Source: Nonlabens sp. | Lineage (GTDB): Bacteria > Bacteroidota > Bacteroidia > Flavobacteriales > Flavobacteriaceae | DNA length: 64,000 nucleotides | Reading direction: 5' to 3' | Assembly: GCA_020630715.1 (NCBI GenBank) | Contig: JAHDIQ010000010.1 | Span: 71,883 to 135,882 of the forward strand | Part shown: positions 39,142-48,030 of the stretch, one piece after another | Layout of the letters: every line of letters starts with the position of its first letter | Position numbering within the stretch: position 1 is the stretch's first letter | Program-made: the position numbers and the translations under genes | Notes under the pieces: model-generated | Seen by the model: the letters and a program-made list of their open reading frames with translations, nothing else | Database searches by the model: none | What the model was told of the DNA's origin: nothing

Positions 39142-40567
39142 TAGCTTGTTAATGTTGATGTGTTTCGCTTTCGCGAAAGCGATACCAGCACAAACAGATT
39201 CCATCGTAGCGGCAGATGAGCAAGTAAAGAATGAAGTGCTAGCAAGCATGCGTAAAATGGACAGCGTAAAACCTAAACAAGAACGTATATTAATCGATGG
39301 AGTAAGTGGAGTAGTAGGTGATTATTTAATCCTTAAATCTGATATTAAAAAAACTCTAGACGATCTTAAAAGAACACAATTCGGTGCAAATATTTCTAAT
39401 TGTGACTTAATAGAAAGTATGTTGCAAGAAAAAATGTATGCGCATCACGCCATACAGGATAGTATCGTAGTAGGTGATGCAGAGATTAATGGCCAGGTTG
39501 AACAGCGATTAGCCTATATAAGACAAGAGTTAAGAAGTAATGATGATAAAGTACTGTTAGAATTTTACAAGAAAAATAGTCTAGAAGAAATACGCGCAGA
39601 ACTATTCAAATTATCGCGCGATAAAATTCTATCAGACCGCATGAAAGAACGGCTTACAGAAAGTGTTGAAATCACACCAGAAGAAGTAAGAGAATTCTTT
39701 TACAGTTTACCAGAAGATAAAAGACCACTTTTTAATACAGAAGTGGAAGTTTCTCAAATCATCATTAAACCAGAACCTACAGAAGAAGCAGAACAAGAAG
39801 CGATAGACCAGCTTAATGAATATCGCAACGATGTGCTAGAAAATGGAGCAAGCTTTGCAGCAAAAGCAGCACTTTTTTCTGATGATTCTGTGACAGAGCA
39901 AAATGGTGGGATCATCTCACTAGAACGTAATGGACCATTTGTTAAGGAGTTTAAAGACGCAGCATTTTCGCTACAAGAAGGTGAAATTAGTAAACCATTT
40001 AGAACAGATTTTGGCTGGCATATACTTTTAGTAGATAAAGTACGAGGACAGGTTAGAGACGTACGTCATATTCTTCTTATTCCATACATTAGTGTAGCTC
40101 AAGTGCGCAAAGCAAAACAGGAACTTACAGATATTAGAGATAAAATTCTTTATAAGGAACTAACCTTTGAAGAAGCGGCAAAAAAGTTTAGCGAGGAGAA
40201 AGAAACGGCAAAAAATGGTGGTAAATTAATTAATCCGCGTACAGGTGAAGCTCGTTTTGAACTTAATAAACTACCAGAAGAATATACTGCGCAGGTACAA
40301 TTTTTACAAAAAGGTGACATTAGTGGTGTACTGGATCAAAGAGATCAGAGCGGTAATCAATACTTTAAAATCATCTTTGTAAAGAATAAAATTGAAGATC
40401 ATGAAGCAGATTATGCTTTAGATTTTTTAAAAATTAAAGAGTTAGCGCTCACTAATAAAAAGATTGAAGTAATTGATCAATGGCAAAAAGAAAAGCTAAA
40501 AGATACTTACATTAAACTAGGAGAAGATGTTCAAGGATGTGAATCTTTATTAAATTGGGCAAACTAA
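39107..40567 (+). CDS. SurA-like periplasmic chaperone / peptidyl-prolyl isomerase (two parvulin domains)
   Basis: 486 aa. Signal peptide ...LMLMCFAFAKA. SQIIIKP...FGWHILLV and VRHILLIP parvulin motifs. Palindrome copy 39166..39181 lies in the signal-peptide codons. Confidence 0.85.
   Translation: MMQYKVINLSLSSLLMLMCFAFAKAIPAQTDSIVAADEQVKNEVLASMRKMDSVKPKQERILIDGVSGVVGDYLILKSDIKKTLDDLKRTQFGANISNCDLIESMLQEKMYAHHAIQDSIVVGDAEINGQVEQRLAYIRQELRSNDDKVLLEFYKKNSLEEIRAELFKLSRDKILSDRMKERLTESVEITPEEVREFFYSLPEDKRPLFNTEVEVSQIIIKPEPTEEAEQEAIDQLNEYRNDVLENGASFAAKAALFSDDSVTEQNGGIISLERNGPFVKEFKDAAFSLQEGEISKPFRTDFGWHILLVDKVRGQVRDVRHILLIPYISVAQVRKAKQELTDIRDKILYKELTFEEAAKKFSEEKETAKNGGKLINPRTGEARFELNKLPEEYTAQVQFLQKGDISGVLDQRDQSGNQYFKIIFVKNKIEDHEADYALDFLKIKELALTNKKIEVIDQWQKEKLKDTYIKLGEDVQGCESLLNWAN
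39166..39181. repeat. Palindrome family copy 10 (16/16)
   Basis: Inside the signal-peptide codons of 39107..40567 (C-F-A-F-A-K-A). Confidence 0.95.
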
Positions 40568-40579
40568 AATAATCACTAC

Positions 40580-41533
40580 ATGTCAGACGTAGCAGCAATA
40601 GATCAATTAGTACAAAAGCACAAGCAATTAAAACAAGAAATTGCAAAAGTTATTATAGGTCAGGAAGAAGTGATAGACCAGATATTAATATCTGTTTTTG
40701 CCGGAGGTCATGCTTTATTAGTAGGTGTTCCTGGACTAGCAAAGACTTTAATGGTGAATACCATTTCGCAAGCTCTAGGGCTTAATTTCAAACGCATACA
40801 GTTTACACCAGATTTAATGCCTAGTGATATTTTAGGTAGTGAAATTCTAGATGAAAACCGTACGTTTAAATTTATCAAAGGACCTGTTTTTTCTAACATC
40901 ATCCTAGCAGATGAGATTAACCGTACACCACCTAAAACTCAAGCAGCACTTTTAGAAGCAATGCAAGAGCGTGCGGTTACAGTAGCGGGCCATCATTATA
41001 AACTTGACTTACCTTACTTTGTGTTAGCAACACAAAACCCTATTGAGCAGGAGGGAACCTATCCACTGCCAGAAGCGCAGTTAGACCGCTTTATGTTTGC
41101 TATTAATCTAGAGTACCCTAGCTTTGAAGAAGAGGTAAATGTGGTGAAAGCGACCACTAGTGATCATAAACCACAGGTGAATGCCTTATTTAATTCACAA
41201 GAGATTATAGACTTCCAGCAATTAGTACGTCGTATTCCTGTTGCAGATAATGTGATAGAATATGCCGTATCATTAGTAGGAAAGACCAGACCTAAGTCAG
41301 ACAGCGCACCAGCCATCGTTAAAGATTACATCGATTGGGGTGCAGGACCACGTGCATCACAAAATTTAATCCTAGCTGCAAAAACACATGCAGCCGTAAA
41401 CGGTAAATACAGTCCAGATATAGAAAATGTTCAAGCAGTAGCGACTGGAATCTTACGTCACCGCATCATTAAAAACTACAAAGCAGAGGCCGAAGGTTAT
41501 ACTGAGGACAGTATTATTAAGGAGTTGTTGTAA
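40580..41533 (+). CDS. MoxR-family AAA+ ATPase
   Basis: 317 aa. Walker A GVPGLAKT, Walker B ILADEINR, ATQNPIEQEGTYPLPEAQLDRF. Confidence 0.9.
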   Translation: MSDVAAIDQLVQKHKQLKQEIAKVIIGQEEVIDQILISVFAGGHALLVGVPGLAKTLMVNTISQALGLNFKRIQFTPDLMPSDILGSEILDENRTFKFIKGPVFSNIILADEINRTPPKTQAALLEAMQERAVTVAGHHYKLDLPYFVLATQNPIEQEGTYPLPEAQLDRFMFAINLEYPSFEEEVNVVKATTSDHKPQVNALFNSQEIIDFQQLVRRIPVADNVIEYAVSLVGKTRPKSDSAPAIVKDYIDWGAGPRASQNLILAAKTHAAVNGKYSPDIENVQAVATGILRHRIIKNYKAEAEGYTEDSIIKELL

Positions 41534-41559
41534 TTATTAAGTAAACCCATAAAATCAAT

Positions 41560-41597
41560 GCGTTGTTACGATCATGGATCCTAACAACGCATTTTTT
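41560..41597 (+). terminator. Rho-independent terminator between convergent genes
   Basis: GCGTTGTTA ... TAACAACGC stem with an internal GATC/GATC extension, followed by ATTTTTT. Confidence 0.7.
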
Positions 41598-41622
41598 ATT
41601 TTGGCTATTTCACTTAGAGTTA

Positions 41623-42711
41623 TTAAGGACAGTTTACAGTAGAAAGAGTCATTTCAATTACTGCATAATCATTAGTAGCGCCATCTGTGATTCCTACAAA
41701 AATTGTTTCTACTGGTAGCGTATTGTTATATACAACGCTGGCGTCCATAGGGTTCATTTGGTTTAACGCATCGTTTTCTGTCTCGTAATAAACTATGGTA
41801 TCTATATTCTCATCTAGTCGCATGATCTCACTAATACATGCATCGTATACATTTAAAATATAATCTGCGATTCCAGGAGTTAAATCATTTTCACAACCCT
41901 CAAAATCTAGATTAAAACAATCATTAGTATCCTCAGGAGTGCAGTATCTGTTAATAATTAATTCCTCACCAGTCTCAGTGGATAAGGTCATCGTTTCTGG
42001 TGACCAAAATTCTACACGCCAGTTTTTATTAAAACGCTGGCCGTAAATAGAAGTATTGTCTAGCAGGTAAATATTGATAAACAATTGATTATCTATAAAT
42101 AATGAATTCCAGGAACCTTCATCACTTACATCATCGTATTCAAAATAAGTTACACCACTGCCATCAAATTGTGCACCTAGAAAATCATTAGTATCATTAA
42201 AAGAATATCCTACCTTCCATACACAATTTATGCTATTATTTAACAAGGCATCACAGCTACTGATAATTTCTAATTGTTCCTCAATACATTTTTCAATACT
42301 TTCAAAAAGTTCATCATTGTTTGTGATAGAAACAATCGTACCATCATCTAGAGTAGTTGCTATAGGGTAACTAATAGATATATTTTCCGTAGGATCTAGA
42401 TTAGATAAAAAATCAACGAAAGATTGATTTCCAGTGATATTGTCTAGGCTAATTACGGCATCATTTTGATCTACTGTAAATATTCCTATTGGGTAAATAA
42501 ATTGAATACATGTTACATCATTAGGGCTATCGCCATCATTTTCATCTGCCATAGCTGTAACATAGTCATAAAGTTCAGACGATTGTTCGATTACCTCCAG
42601 GCGTTTTTGTTGATCGTCTAGATCCTCATATTCACATGAGGTCAAAATTAGAATAGTTAACAAACTCAATACTTTTAAAATATTTTTCATCACAGTTATT
42701 TTTGGGTTCAT
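41623..42711 (-). CDS. Acidic hypothetical lipoprotein
   Basis: 362 aa. Lipobox ILTSC (the start may be the internal MKNILKVL...). Asp/Glu/Asn-rich. No motif recognised. Confidence 0.5.
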   Translation of the reverse strand: MNPKITVMKNILKVLSLLTILILTSCEYEDLDDQQKRLEVIEQSSELYDYVTAMADENDGDSPNDVTCIQFIYPIGIFTVDQNDAVISLDNITGNQSFVDFLSNLDPTENISISYPIATTLDDGTIVSITNNDELFESIEKCIEEQLEIISSCDALLNNSINCVWKVGYSFNDTNDFLGAQFDGSGVTYFEYDDVSDEGSWNSLFIDNQLFINIYLLDNTSIYGQRFNKNWRVEFWSPETMTLSTETGEELIINRYCTPEDTNDCFNLDFEGCENDLTPGIADYILNVYDACISEIMRLDENIDTIVYYETENDALNQMNPMDASVVYNNTLPVETIFVGITDGATNDYAVIEMTLSTVNCP

Positions 42712-42764
42712 TTATTAGTGTGATAATTTTGAAAAGGTTGCGTGAGATAAATAGTTAAATCGGT

Positions 42765-42788
42765 ATTTCGCTTTCGCGAAAGCGAAAT
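42765..42788. repeat. Palindrome family copy 11 (perfect 24-bp palindrome ATTTCGCTTTCGCGAAAGCGAAAT)
   Basis: In the divergent intergenic region between 41623..42711 (-) and the aconitase gene (+). Confidence 0.95.
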
Positions 42789-43027
42789 TCATCTACATTC
42801 TGAATGTTACTCTTGCTATCTTAAAATGGCGCAGGTTTTAGCCTATTTAGATCGGTTTTACATTGCTAATTTGATAACAATAGCTTTAAAGAGTTATTGA
42901 ATTACTAGGCATATTTCCATGATCTATTGATTTTGATAAGAATATTTCAAAGAATTTGCAATATTGCTGTGTATTTTTAAAATTGATATCGATTTCGTAA
43001 ATTCGCACACCTTAAAAAACTAGCACT

Positions 43028-45301
43028 ATGGCATTTGATATAGAAATGATTAAAAAAGTGTACGAGCAAATTCCTGCACGTGTGAACAAAGCACGTGAGT
43101 TAACCGGAAAACCGCTAACACTTTCAGAAAAAATATTATACTCTCATTTATGGGACGGATCACCATCTACCGTTTTTACTCGTGGTAAAGATTACGTAGA
43201 TTTTGCACCAGATCGTGTAGCATGTCAGGATGCAACAGCACAAATGGCTTTATTGCAATTCATGCAAGCTGGAAAAGATAAAGTAGCAGTACCTACAACG
43301 GTACATTGTGATCACTTAATTCAAGCAAAAATAGGAGCAGATACAGATTTACAAAATGCGTTAAATACCAGTAACGAGGTATTCAACTTCTTAGAATCAG
43401 TATCAAATAAATATGGAATCGGATTCTGGAAACCAGGTGCTGGAATTATCCACCAGGTAGTTTTAGAAAACTATGCATTCCCAGGTGGAATGATGATAGG
43501 AACAGATTCTCATACCGTAAATGCTGGTGGACTAGGAATGGTTGCCATAGGTGTAGGTGGAGCAGATGCTGTAGATGTTATGGCAGGAATGGCCTGGGAA
43601 TTAAAATTTCCTAAGTTAATAGGTGTAAGATTAACTGGTAAGTTATCAGGATGGACAGCACCTAAGGATGTGATTCTTAAAGTAGCAGAGATTCTTACCG
43701 TAAAAGGTGGAACAGGCGCGATTGTAGAATACTTTGGTCCTGGAGCATTAAACCTTTCTTGTACTGGTAAAGGAACCATTTGTAACATGGGAGCAGAGAT
43801 AGGAGCGACGACTTCTACATTTGGGTACGATGATTCTATGGAACGTTATTTACGTGCTACAGATCGTGCAGACATTGCAGATGAGGCAAATAAAATTAAA
43901 GAATACCTAACAGGTGATGCAGAAGTTTATGCAAATCCAGAACAGTATTTTGATCAAGTAATTGACATTAATTTAGATGAGTTAATGCCTCATTTAAATG
44001 GTCCGTTTACTCCAGATCTTGCTACGGTAGTAGGAACTATGAAGCCTAAAGCTGAGAAGAACGACTGGCCATTAAAAGTAGAATGGGGACTTATAGGATC
44101 TTGTACTAACTCTTCTTATGAAGATTTATCGCGTGCTAGTTCTGTAGCGCAACAAGCTTTAGACAAAGGTTTAAAAACAAAAGCAGAATTTGGTATCAAT
44201 CCAGGATCAGAGCAAGTACGCTTTACCGCAGAGCGTGATGGAATCCTAAAGGTATTTGAAGATTTAGATGCAAAGATATTTACAAACGCTTGTGGTCCAT
44301 GTATAGGACAATGGGCGCGATATGAAGATCCTAAAAACGCACCTAAAAACTCTATCGTTCACTCATTCAATAGAAACTTTGCAAAACGTGCAGATGGGAA
44401 TCCTAACACACATGCCTTTGTAGCATCTCCAGAAATTACAGCTGCTATTGCTATTGCTGGTCGCTTAGATTTCAACCCGATTACTGATAAGTTAATCAAT
44501 GAGGATGGAGAAGAAGTAATGTTAGATGAACCTACAGGATGGGAATTACCACCTAAAGGTTTTGAGGTAGAAGATGATGGTTACCTAGCACCTATGGCAG
44601 ACGGTAGCGGTGTTCAAGTAAGCGTTGCCACAGATTCAGAACGTCTACAGTTACTAGAGCCATTTACTCCTATAGGAAATAGTATTACTGGAGCTAAATT
44701 GTTGATCAAAGCATTTGGTAAATGTACTACAGATCATATTTCTATGGCTGGTCCATGGTTACGTTACCGTGGTCACCTAGATAACATTGCAAATAATACC
44801 TTAATAGGTGCTGTAAACGCATTTGGTAAGAAAACAAATTTCGTTAAGAATCAACTGGATGGAGAATACGGTGGTGTGCCAGATACGGCTAGAGCTTATA
44901 AAGCAGCAGGCGTACCATCTATCGTAATAGGAGATCATAACTATGGAGAAGGTTCTTCTCGTGAACATGCAGCAATGCAACCACGTCACCTAGGAGTAGT
45001 TGCTGTGATTGTAAAATCATTTGCACGTATTCATGAAACAAACCTTAAGAAACAAGGTATGCTAGGATTAACCTTTGCAAATGAAGCAGACTATGATTTA
45101 ATTCAGGAAGATGATACGTTCAACTTCTTAGACCTAGATCAATTTGCACCAGACACGCCACTTACTATTGAAGTAGTGCATGCAGACGGTTCTAAAGATG
45201 TATTCAAGGCTAATCATACGTATAACGCAGCTCAAATCGAATGGTTTGAAAAAGGTAGTGCCTTAAACAAGATTAAAGAAGAAAGTGCTAAAAACGCATA
45301 A
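43028..45301 (+). CDS. Aconitate hydratase (750-aa mitochondrial-like type)
   Basis: 757 aa. [36 protein letters not shown] (Fe-S cysteines). C-terminal swivel domain GSSREHAA. Confidence 0.95.
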   Translation: MAFDIEMIKKVYEQIPARVNKARELTGKPLTLSEKILYSHLWDGSPSTVFTRGKDYVDFAPDRVACQDATAQMALLQFMQAGKDKVAVPTTVHCDHLIQAKIGADTDLQNALNTSNEVFNFLESVSNKYGIGFWKPGAGIIHQVVLENYAFPGGMMIGTDSHTVNAGGLGMVAIGVGGADAVDVMAGMAWELKFPKLIGVRLTGKLSGWTAPKDVILKVAEILTVKGGTGAIVEYFGPGALNLSCTGKGTICNMGAEIGATTSTFGYDDSMERYLRATDRADIADEANKIKEYLTGDAEVYANPEQYFDQVIDINLDELMPHLNGPFTPDLATVVGTMKPKAEKNDWPLKVEWGLIGSCTNSSYEDLSRASSVAQQALDKGLKTKAEFGINPGSEQVRFTAERDGILKVFEDLDAKIFTNACGPCIGQWARYEDPKNAPKNSIVHSFNRNFAKRADGNPNTHAFVASPEITAAIAIAGRLDFNPITDKLINEDGEEVMLDEPTGWELPPKGFEVEDDGYLAPMADGSGVQVSVATDSERLQLLEPFTPIGNSITGAKLLIKAFGKCTTDHISMAGPWLRYRGHLDNIANNTLIGAVNAFGKKTNFVKNQLDGEYGGVPDTARAYKAAGVPSIVIGDHNYGEGSSREHAAMQPRHLGVVAVIVKSFARIHETNLKKQGMLGLTFANEADYDLIQEDDTFNFLDLDQFAPDTPLTIEVVHADGSKDVFKANHTYNAAQIEWFEKGSALNKIKEESAKNA

Positions 45302-45322
45302 TCTACAGATCATATTAATTTT

Positions 45323-45354
45323 AAAATGCCTCTTGTTTTTCAAGAGGCATTTTT
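45323..45354 (+). terminator. Rho-independent terminator of the aconitase gene
   Basis: AAAATGCCTCTTG / CAAGAGGCATTTT stem, TTTTT loop, trailing T-run. Confidence 0.8.
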
Positions 45355-45425
45355 AGTAATAACCCAACCTATCGTTATTGGTCTTATGAAAAGTGCGGTT
45401 CTGTAATGTTATTAAATCTAATCTG

Positions 45426-46274
45426 TTATTGAACTTCAATAGAAAAATCATCTACAAATAGTTCTACATCGCTGGCAGTAGGATTTGCTGTGGCTCCTAT
45501 TTGAACGCGTTCATAAATAACCGGTTCTTGAAGTGTAAAGTCAATTCCTTGATTTTGAAATACTGTTCTAAAAATATTAGAATTCGGCATGTTCATACCA
45601 GTCTCGTTAATGACCTCAGTCCCGTTAATTGTTAATTGATTTAAACCATTTATATCTTGTGACATAGTCATCTTCCATTCAACAGTTACCCATTGGTTAC
45701 GCGGGAATGGTGTGCTGGTTTGTAATATGGTAGTTTGAGAAATTTTACCTCTTTCAATGGAAAGAAAATCATTTCCACCTGACATCATTAACCTCACTCC
45801 AGGACACTGATTTTCTGAACCATAGTTGCTTCCTACTGTAGGATCCCAGCAAGAGCAACATTCTAGATCTATTAATAATAAGTTTTCAATGGATGTATTA
45901 CCAGAGATATAGAATTTTGCACTTATAATTACTTGGTCACCTTGAACAATTGTAAGTCCGTTTTTTTCAATATCTATTTTAGATAATTCTGCGTCAGATT
46001 CGAGTGCAATAATTTTCAAAGCATTTTGACCTTCTATAAAATTAGTGTCTGATATTGATATGGAATTAGTGGCATTCGTTGGGTCTGTTTGTTGAATGGT
46101 AGACCATCTGCTACCATTTGAAGGAAACAACTCATTTAAAGATCCGTTTTGAGTTTCAAAACCATCTGTAAAAATAAAATTCTCGTTTGGTAAACTTCCT
46201 CTTTCCGTATCATCATTATCACATGACACCGTTGTTAAAATACTAATTAAAGCTATAAAAATGATTATCCTCAT
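45426..46274 (-). CDS. Hypothetical lipoprotein (jelly-roll/lectin-like appearance)
   Basis: 282 aa. Lipobox TTVSC. No catalytic motif recognised. Confidence 0.5.
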   Translation of the reverse strand: MRIIIFIALISILTTVSCDNDDTERGSLPNENFIFTDGFETQNGSLNELFPSNGSRWSTIQQTDPTNATNSISISDTNFIEGQNALKIIALESDAELSKIDIEKNGLTIVQGDQVIISAKFYISGNTSIENLLLIDLECCSCWDPTVGSNYGSENQCPGVRLMMSGGNDFLSIERGKISQTTILQTSTPFPRNQWVTVEWKMTMSQDINGLNQLTINGTEVINETGMNMPNSNIFRTVFQNQGIDFTLQEPVIYERVQIGATANPTASDVELFVDDFSIEVQ

Positions 46275-46456
46275 GGTAATGTAACGGTATTAAGAAGCAT
46301 TTGTTTTATAAAGTTGTTTTTTTTAACCTTAATTGTTAGGTTGATAACTCACAATTAGTCTGGTCAATCAACTGAGCTTAGACTTAGTCTTCCATAATGA
46401 AGCACATAGTTCTACAGCTTGAATATATTAATCATTTTAGTGAAATAACTAAAATT

Positions 46457-46568
46457 AAAAAAGCCCTAGATTTCTCTAAGGCTTTTCTGGGTGTAAGATC
46501 GGTTTCACTTCGACAGGCTCAGTATAAACTTCTCAACCTTTATTAGGAATTCCATAAATATAGAAATG
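46457..46568. repeat. tRNA-His-proximal repeat unit, copy A (112 nt, diverged)
   Basis: Aligns along its full length with 47701..47814. It contains a terminator-like hairpin, a 17-nt copy of the tRNA-His 3' end (GGGTGTAAGATCGGTTTC on the plus strand) and a 60-nt spacer. Confidence 0.85.
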
Positions 46569-46596
46569 AAAAAAGGCCTTATAAAAACTGAGACCT

Positions 46597-46621
46597 TCCC
46601 ACGTCGCGCGCGTCTGCGACA
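46597..46621. repeat. 25-nt GC-rich repeat TCCCACGTCGCGCGCGTCTGCGACA, copy 1
   Basis: Identical to 46976..47000. Contains a GTCGC...GCGAC inverted repeat. Strongly GC-rich compared with its AT-rich surroundings. Confidence 0.85.
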
Positions 46622-46975
46622 GTTTGACATCGCAAACGGAATTACTCAGACCAGTAATTTTATTCGACCCAAAAGCAAAAACCTATAAAACAAAAAAATT
46701 AAAGGATTCTAAACTGTTGGCAAGCGCATTGCTGCAATCTAATTATTATATCAAAACAGACATCATTCCTAAATCTGATTTTTACACAAAAGCAATTGTT
46801 GCTATAGAGCTGCCACTTGAAAAGCATAAGGTTTATACCAGAAATAAAACGCAAATTTTCAAGGATTCAAAATTGGTTTGTCGAATAAAGGTCATTCAAA
46901 GAGATTCATTGGGAAATCCCGTATTGTTATATCAATCTTCTCTCACTCCAATTGATACTGGTGAAAAAGAACTCC

Positions 46976-47000
46976 TCCCACGTCGCGCGCGTCTGCGACA
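46976..47000. repeat. 25-nt GC-rich repeat TCCCACGTCGCGCGCGTCTGCGACA, copy 2
   Basis: Identical to 46597..46621, in the same orientation, 77 nt upstream of the transposase ATG. Confidence 0.85.
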
Positions 47001-47076
47001 AGAGTGTATAAGTAAAGTGTTTGCAATGCGATGTTATTATTTCAATGTTGTTTTGATAATTTGCTATTTTTAAAAC

Positions 47077-47625
47077 ATGTCAGAAAGATATAAAGTTAGA
47101 GATCAAGAGGAGAACTATTTCATTACGATGACTATAGTTCAATGGGTTGATTTGTTCACTCGTGATAGGTATATGCATATAGCTGAAGATTCATTAAATT
47201 ATTGTATTAAGGAAAAGGGCTTAATAGTATTTGCCTATGTCATAATGCCTAGCCATATACACATGATTGTAGGAACTAGTGGTCAACCTATTAATAACAT
47301 TATAAGAGATTTTAAAAAATATACCTCAAAAGCATTTATTGAAGCCATTCAAGATTCTGGTGAAAGTAGGGCAGAATGGTTGCTTAACACTTTTTCATTC
47401 CATGCTCAAAAGTCTAAAAGACATAAAAGTTTTAAGGTTTGGAAAGATGGTTTTCACCCAAAAATTATGGATCGAGTGGAAAAACTAGAGGCTACCTTTA
47501 ATTACATACATTACAATCCTGTCGCTGCTGGTTACGTTAAAAATGAACAAGATTGGATTCATAGTAGCGCTAGTGCTTATTTAGAAAATGACAATTGCTC
47601 AGTTCAAATAACGAAATGGTACTAG
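47077..47625 (+). CDS. REP-associated tyrosine transposase (RAYT) / IS200-like Y1 HUH transposase
   Basis: 182 aa. HUH motif in VIMPSHIHMIV. Catalytic-Tyr motif FNYIHYNPVAAGYV. The size and motif spacing are typical of RAYT/TnpA(IS200). Confidence 0.8.
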   Translation: MSERYKVRDQEENYFITMTIVQWVDLFTRDRYMHIAEDSLNYCIKEKGLIVFAYVIMPSHIHMIVGTSGQPINNIIRDFKKYTSKAFIEAIQDSGESRAEWLLNTFSFHAQKSKRHKSFKVWKDGFHPKIMDRVEKLEATFNYIHYNPVAAGYVKNEQDWIHSSASAYLENDNCSVQITKWY

Positions 47626-47632
47626 TGTTAAG

Positions 47633-47678
47633 GCGCATTACAAATGCGCAACTTAATTGCACGCGTTGCAAACGCGCG
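47633..47678. repeat. Two GC-rich hairpins immediately 3' of the transposase gene
   Basis: GCGCATT-ACA-AATGCGC (47633-47649, perfect 7-bp stem) and CGCGTT-GCA-AACGCG (47662-47676). Confidence 0.8.
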
Positions 47679-47700
47679 CCACTTGGTAAACTTAGCATTA

Positions 47701-47814
47701 AAAAAAGGCCTTAGATTTCTCTAAGACCTTTTAAGGGTGGAAGATCGGTTTCACTTCGACAGGCTCAGTGTAAACTTCTCAACCTATATTAGGAATTCTA
47801 TAAATATAGAAATG
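47701..47814. repeat. tRNA-His-proximal repeat unit, copy B (114 nt)
   Basis: The first 52 nt (47701-47752) are identical to 47815-47866, which is the terminator hairpin plus the 3' 17 nt of tRNA-His. The rest is a 62-nt spacer shared with copy A. Confidence 0.9.
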
Positions 47815-47849
47815 AAAAAAGGCCTTAGATTTCTCTAAGACCTTTTAAG
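47815..47849 (-). terminator. Rho-independent terminator of tRNA-His
   Basis: On the minus strand: AAGGTCTTAGA-GAA-ATCTAAGGCCTT hairpin (one G-U pair) followed by TTTTTT, directly after the tRNA 3' end. Confidence 0.8.
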
Positions 47850-47924
47850 GGTGGAAGATCGGTTTCGAACCGACGACCTCCTGAACCACAATCAGGCGCT
47901 CTAACCAGCTGAGCTACAACCACC
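47850..47924 (-). tRNA. tRNA-His (anticodon GTG), with an encoded G-1
   Basis: Hand-folded cloverleaf. D arm GCTC-AGCTGGTTA-GAGC. Anticodon arm CCTGA-TTGTGGT-TCAGG. T arm GTCGG-TTCGAAA-CCGAT. G-1 lies opposite C73. No CCA is encoded. The acceptor stem as read has two T-T mismatches (5:68 and 6:67). Confidence 0.8.
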
Positions 47925-48030
47925 ATATCAATGTGGGTTTATTTTTAAGTGGACCCAAGATCATCAACCACTCGCTTAATGCGGATGCAAATTTAACACA
48001 TTCCGCAAATTTCAAAACCTTTTTAAGATT

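Larger units (their letters stand above)
46582..47700 (+). mobile_element. RAYT/IS200-like Y1-transposase cassette inserted in the repeat array
   Basis: Bounded by AAAAAAGGCCTTA at 46569-46581 and again at 47701-47713. It carries two 25-nt GC-rich direct repeats on the left, the HUH/Y1 transposase gene 47077..47625, and two GC-rich hairpins on the right. Confidence 0.6.

Noticed and set aside
46624-47073. 149-aa ORF between the two 25-nt GC-rich repeats.
   Set aside because: It has a TTG start, begins immediately after one repeat copy and reads through the other (giving LPRRARLRQ), has a Lys-rich low-complexity composition and shows no motif. It is probably non-coding cassette DNA, but I cannot exclude a real small gene.
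46457-47866. The 112-114-nt direct repeats as a CRISPR array.
   Set aside because: The units are far too long and are contiguous rather than separated by unique spacers. They are explained by tRNA 3'-end plus terminator duplication. No cas genes are present.
45302-48030. The tRNA-adjacent region as a genomic, defence or prophage island.
   Set aside because: Apart from the RAYT cassette there is no integrase, phage, toxin-antitoxin, restriction or other defence-type gene. The flanking genes are ordinary chromosomal genes.
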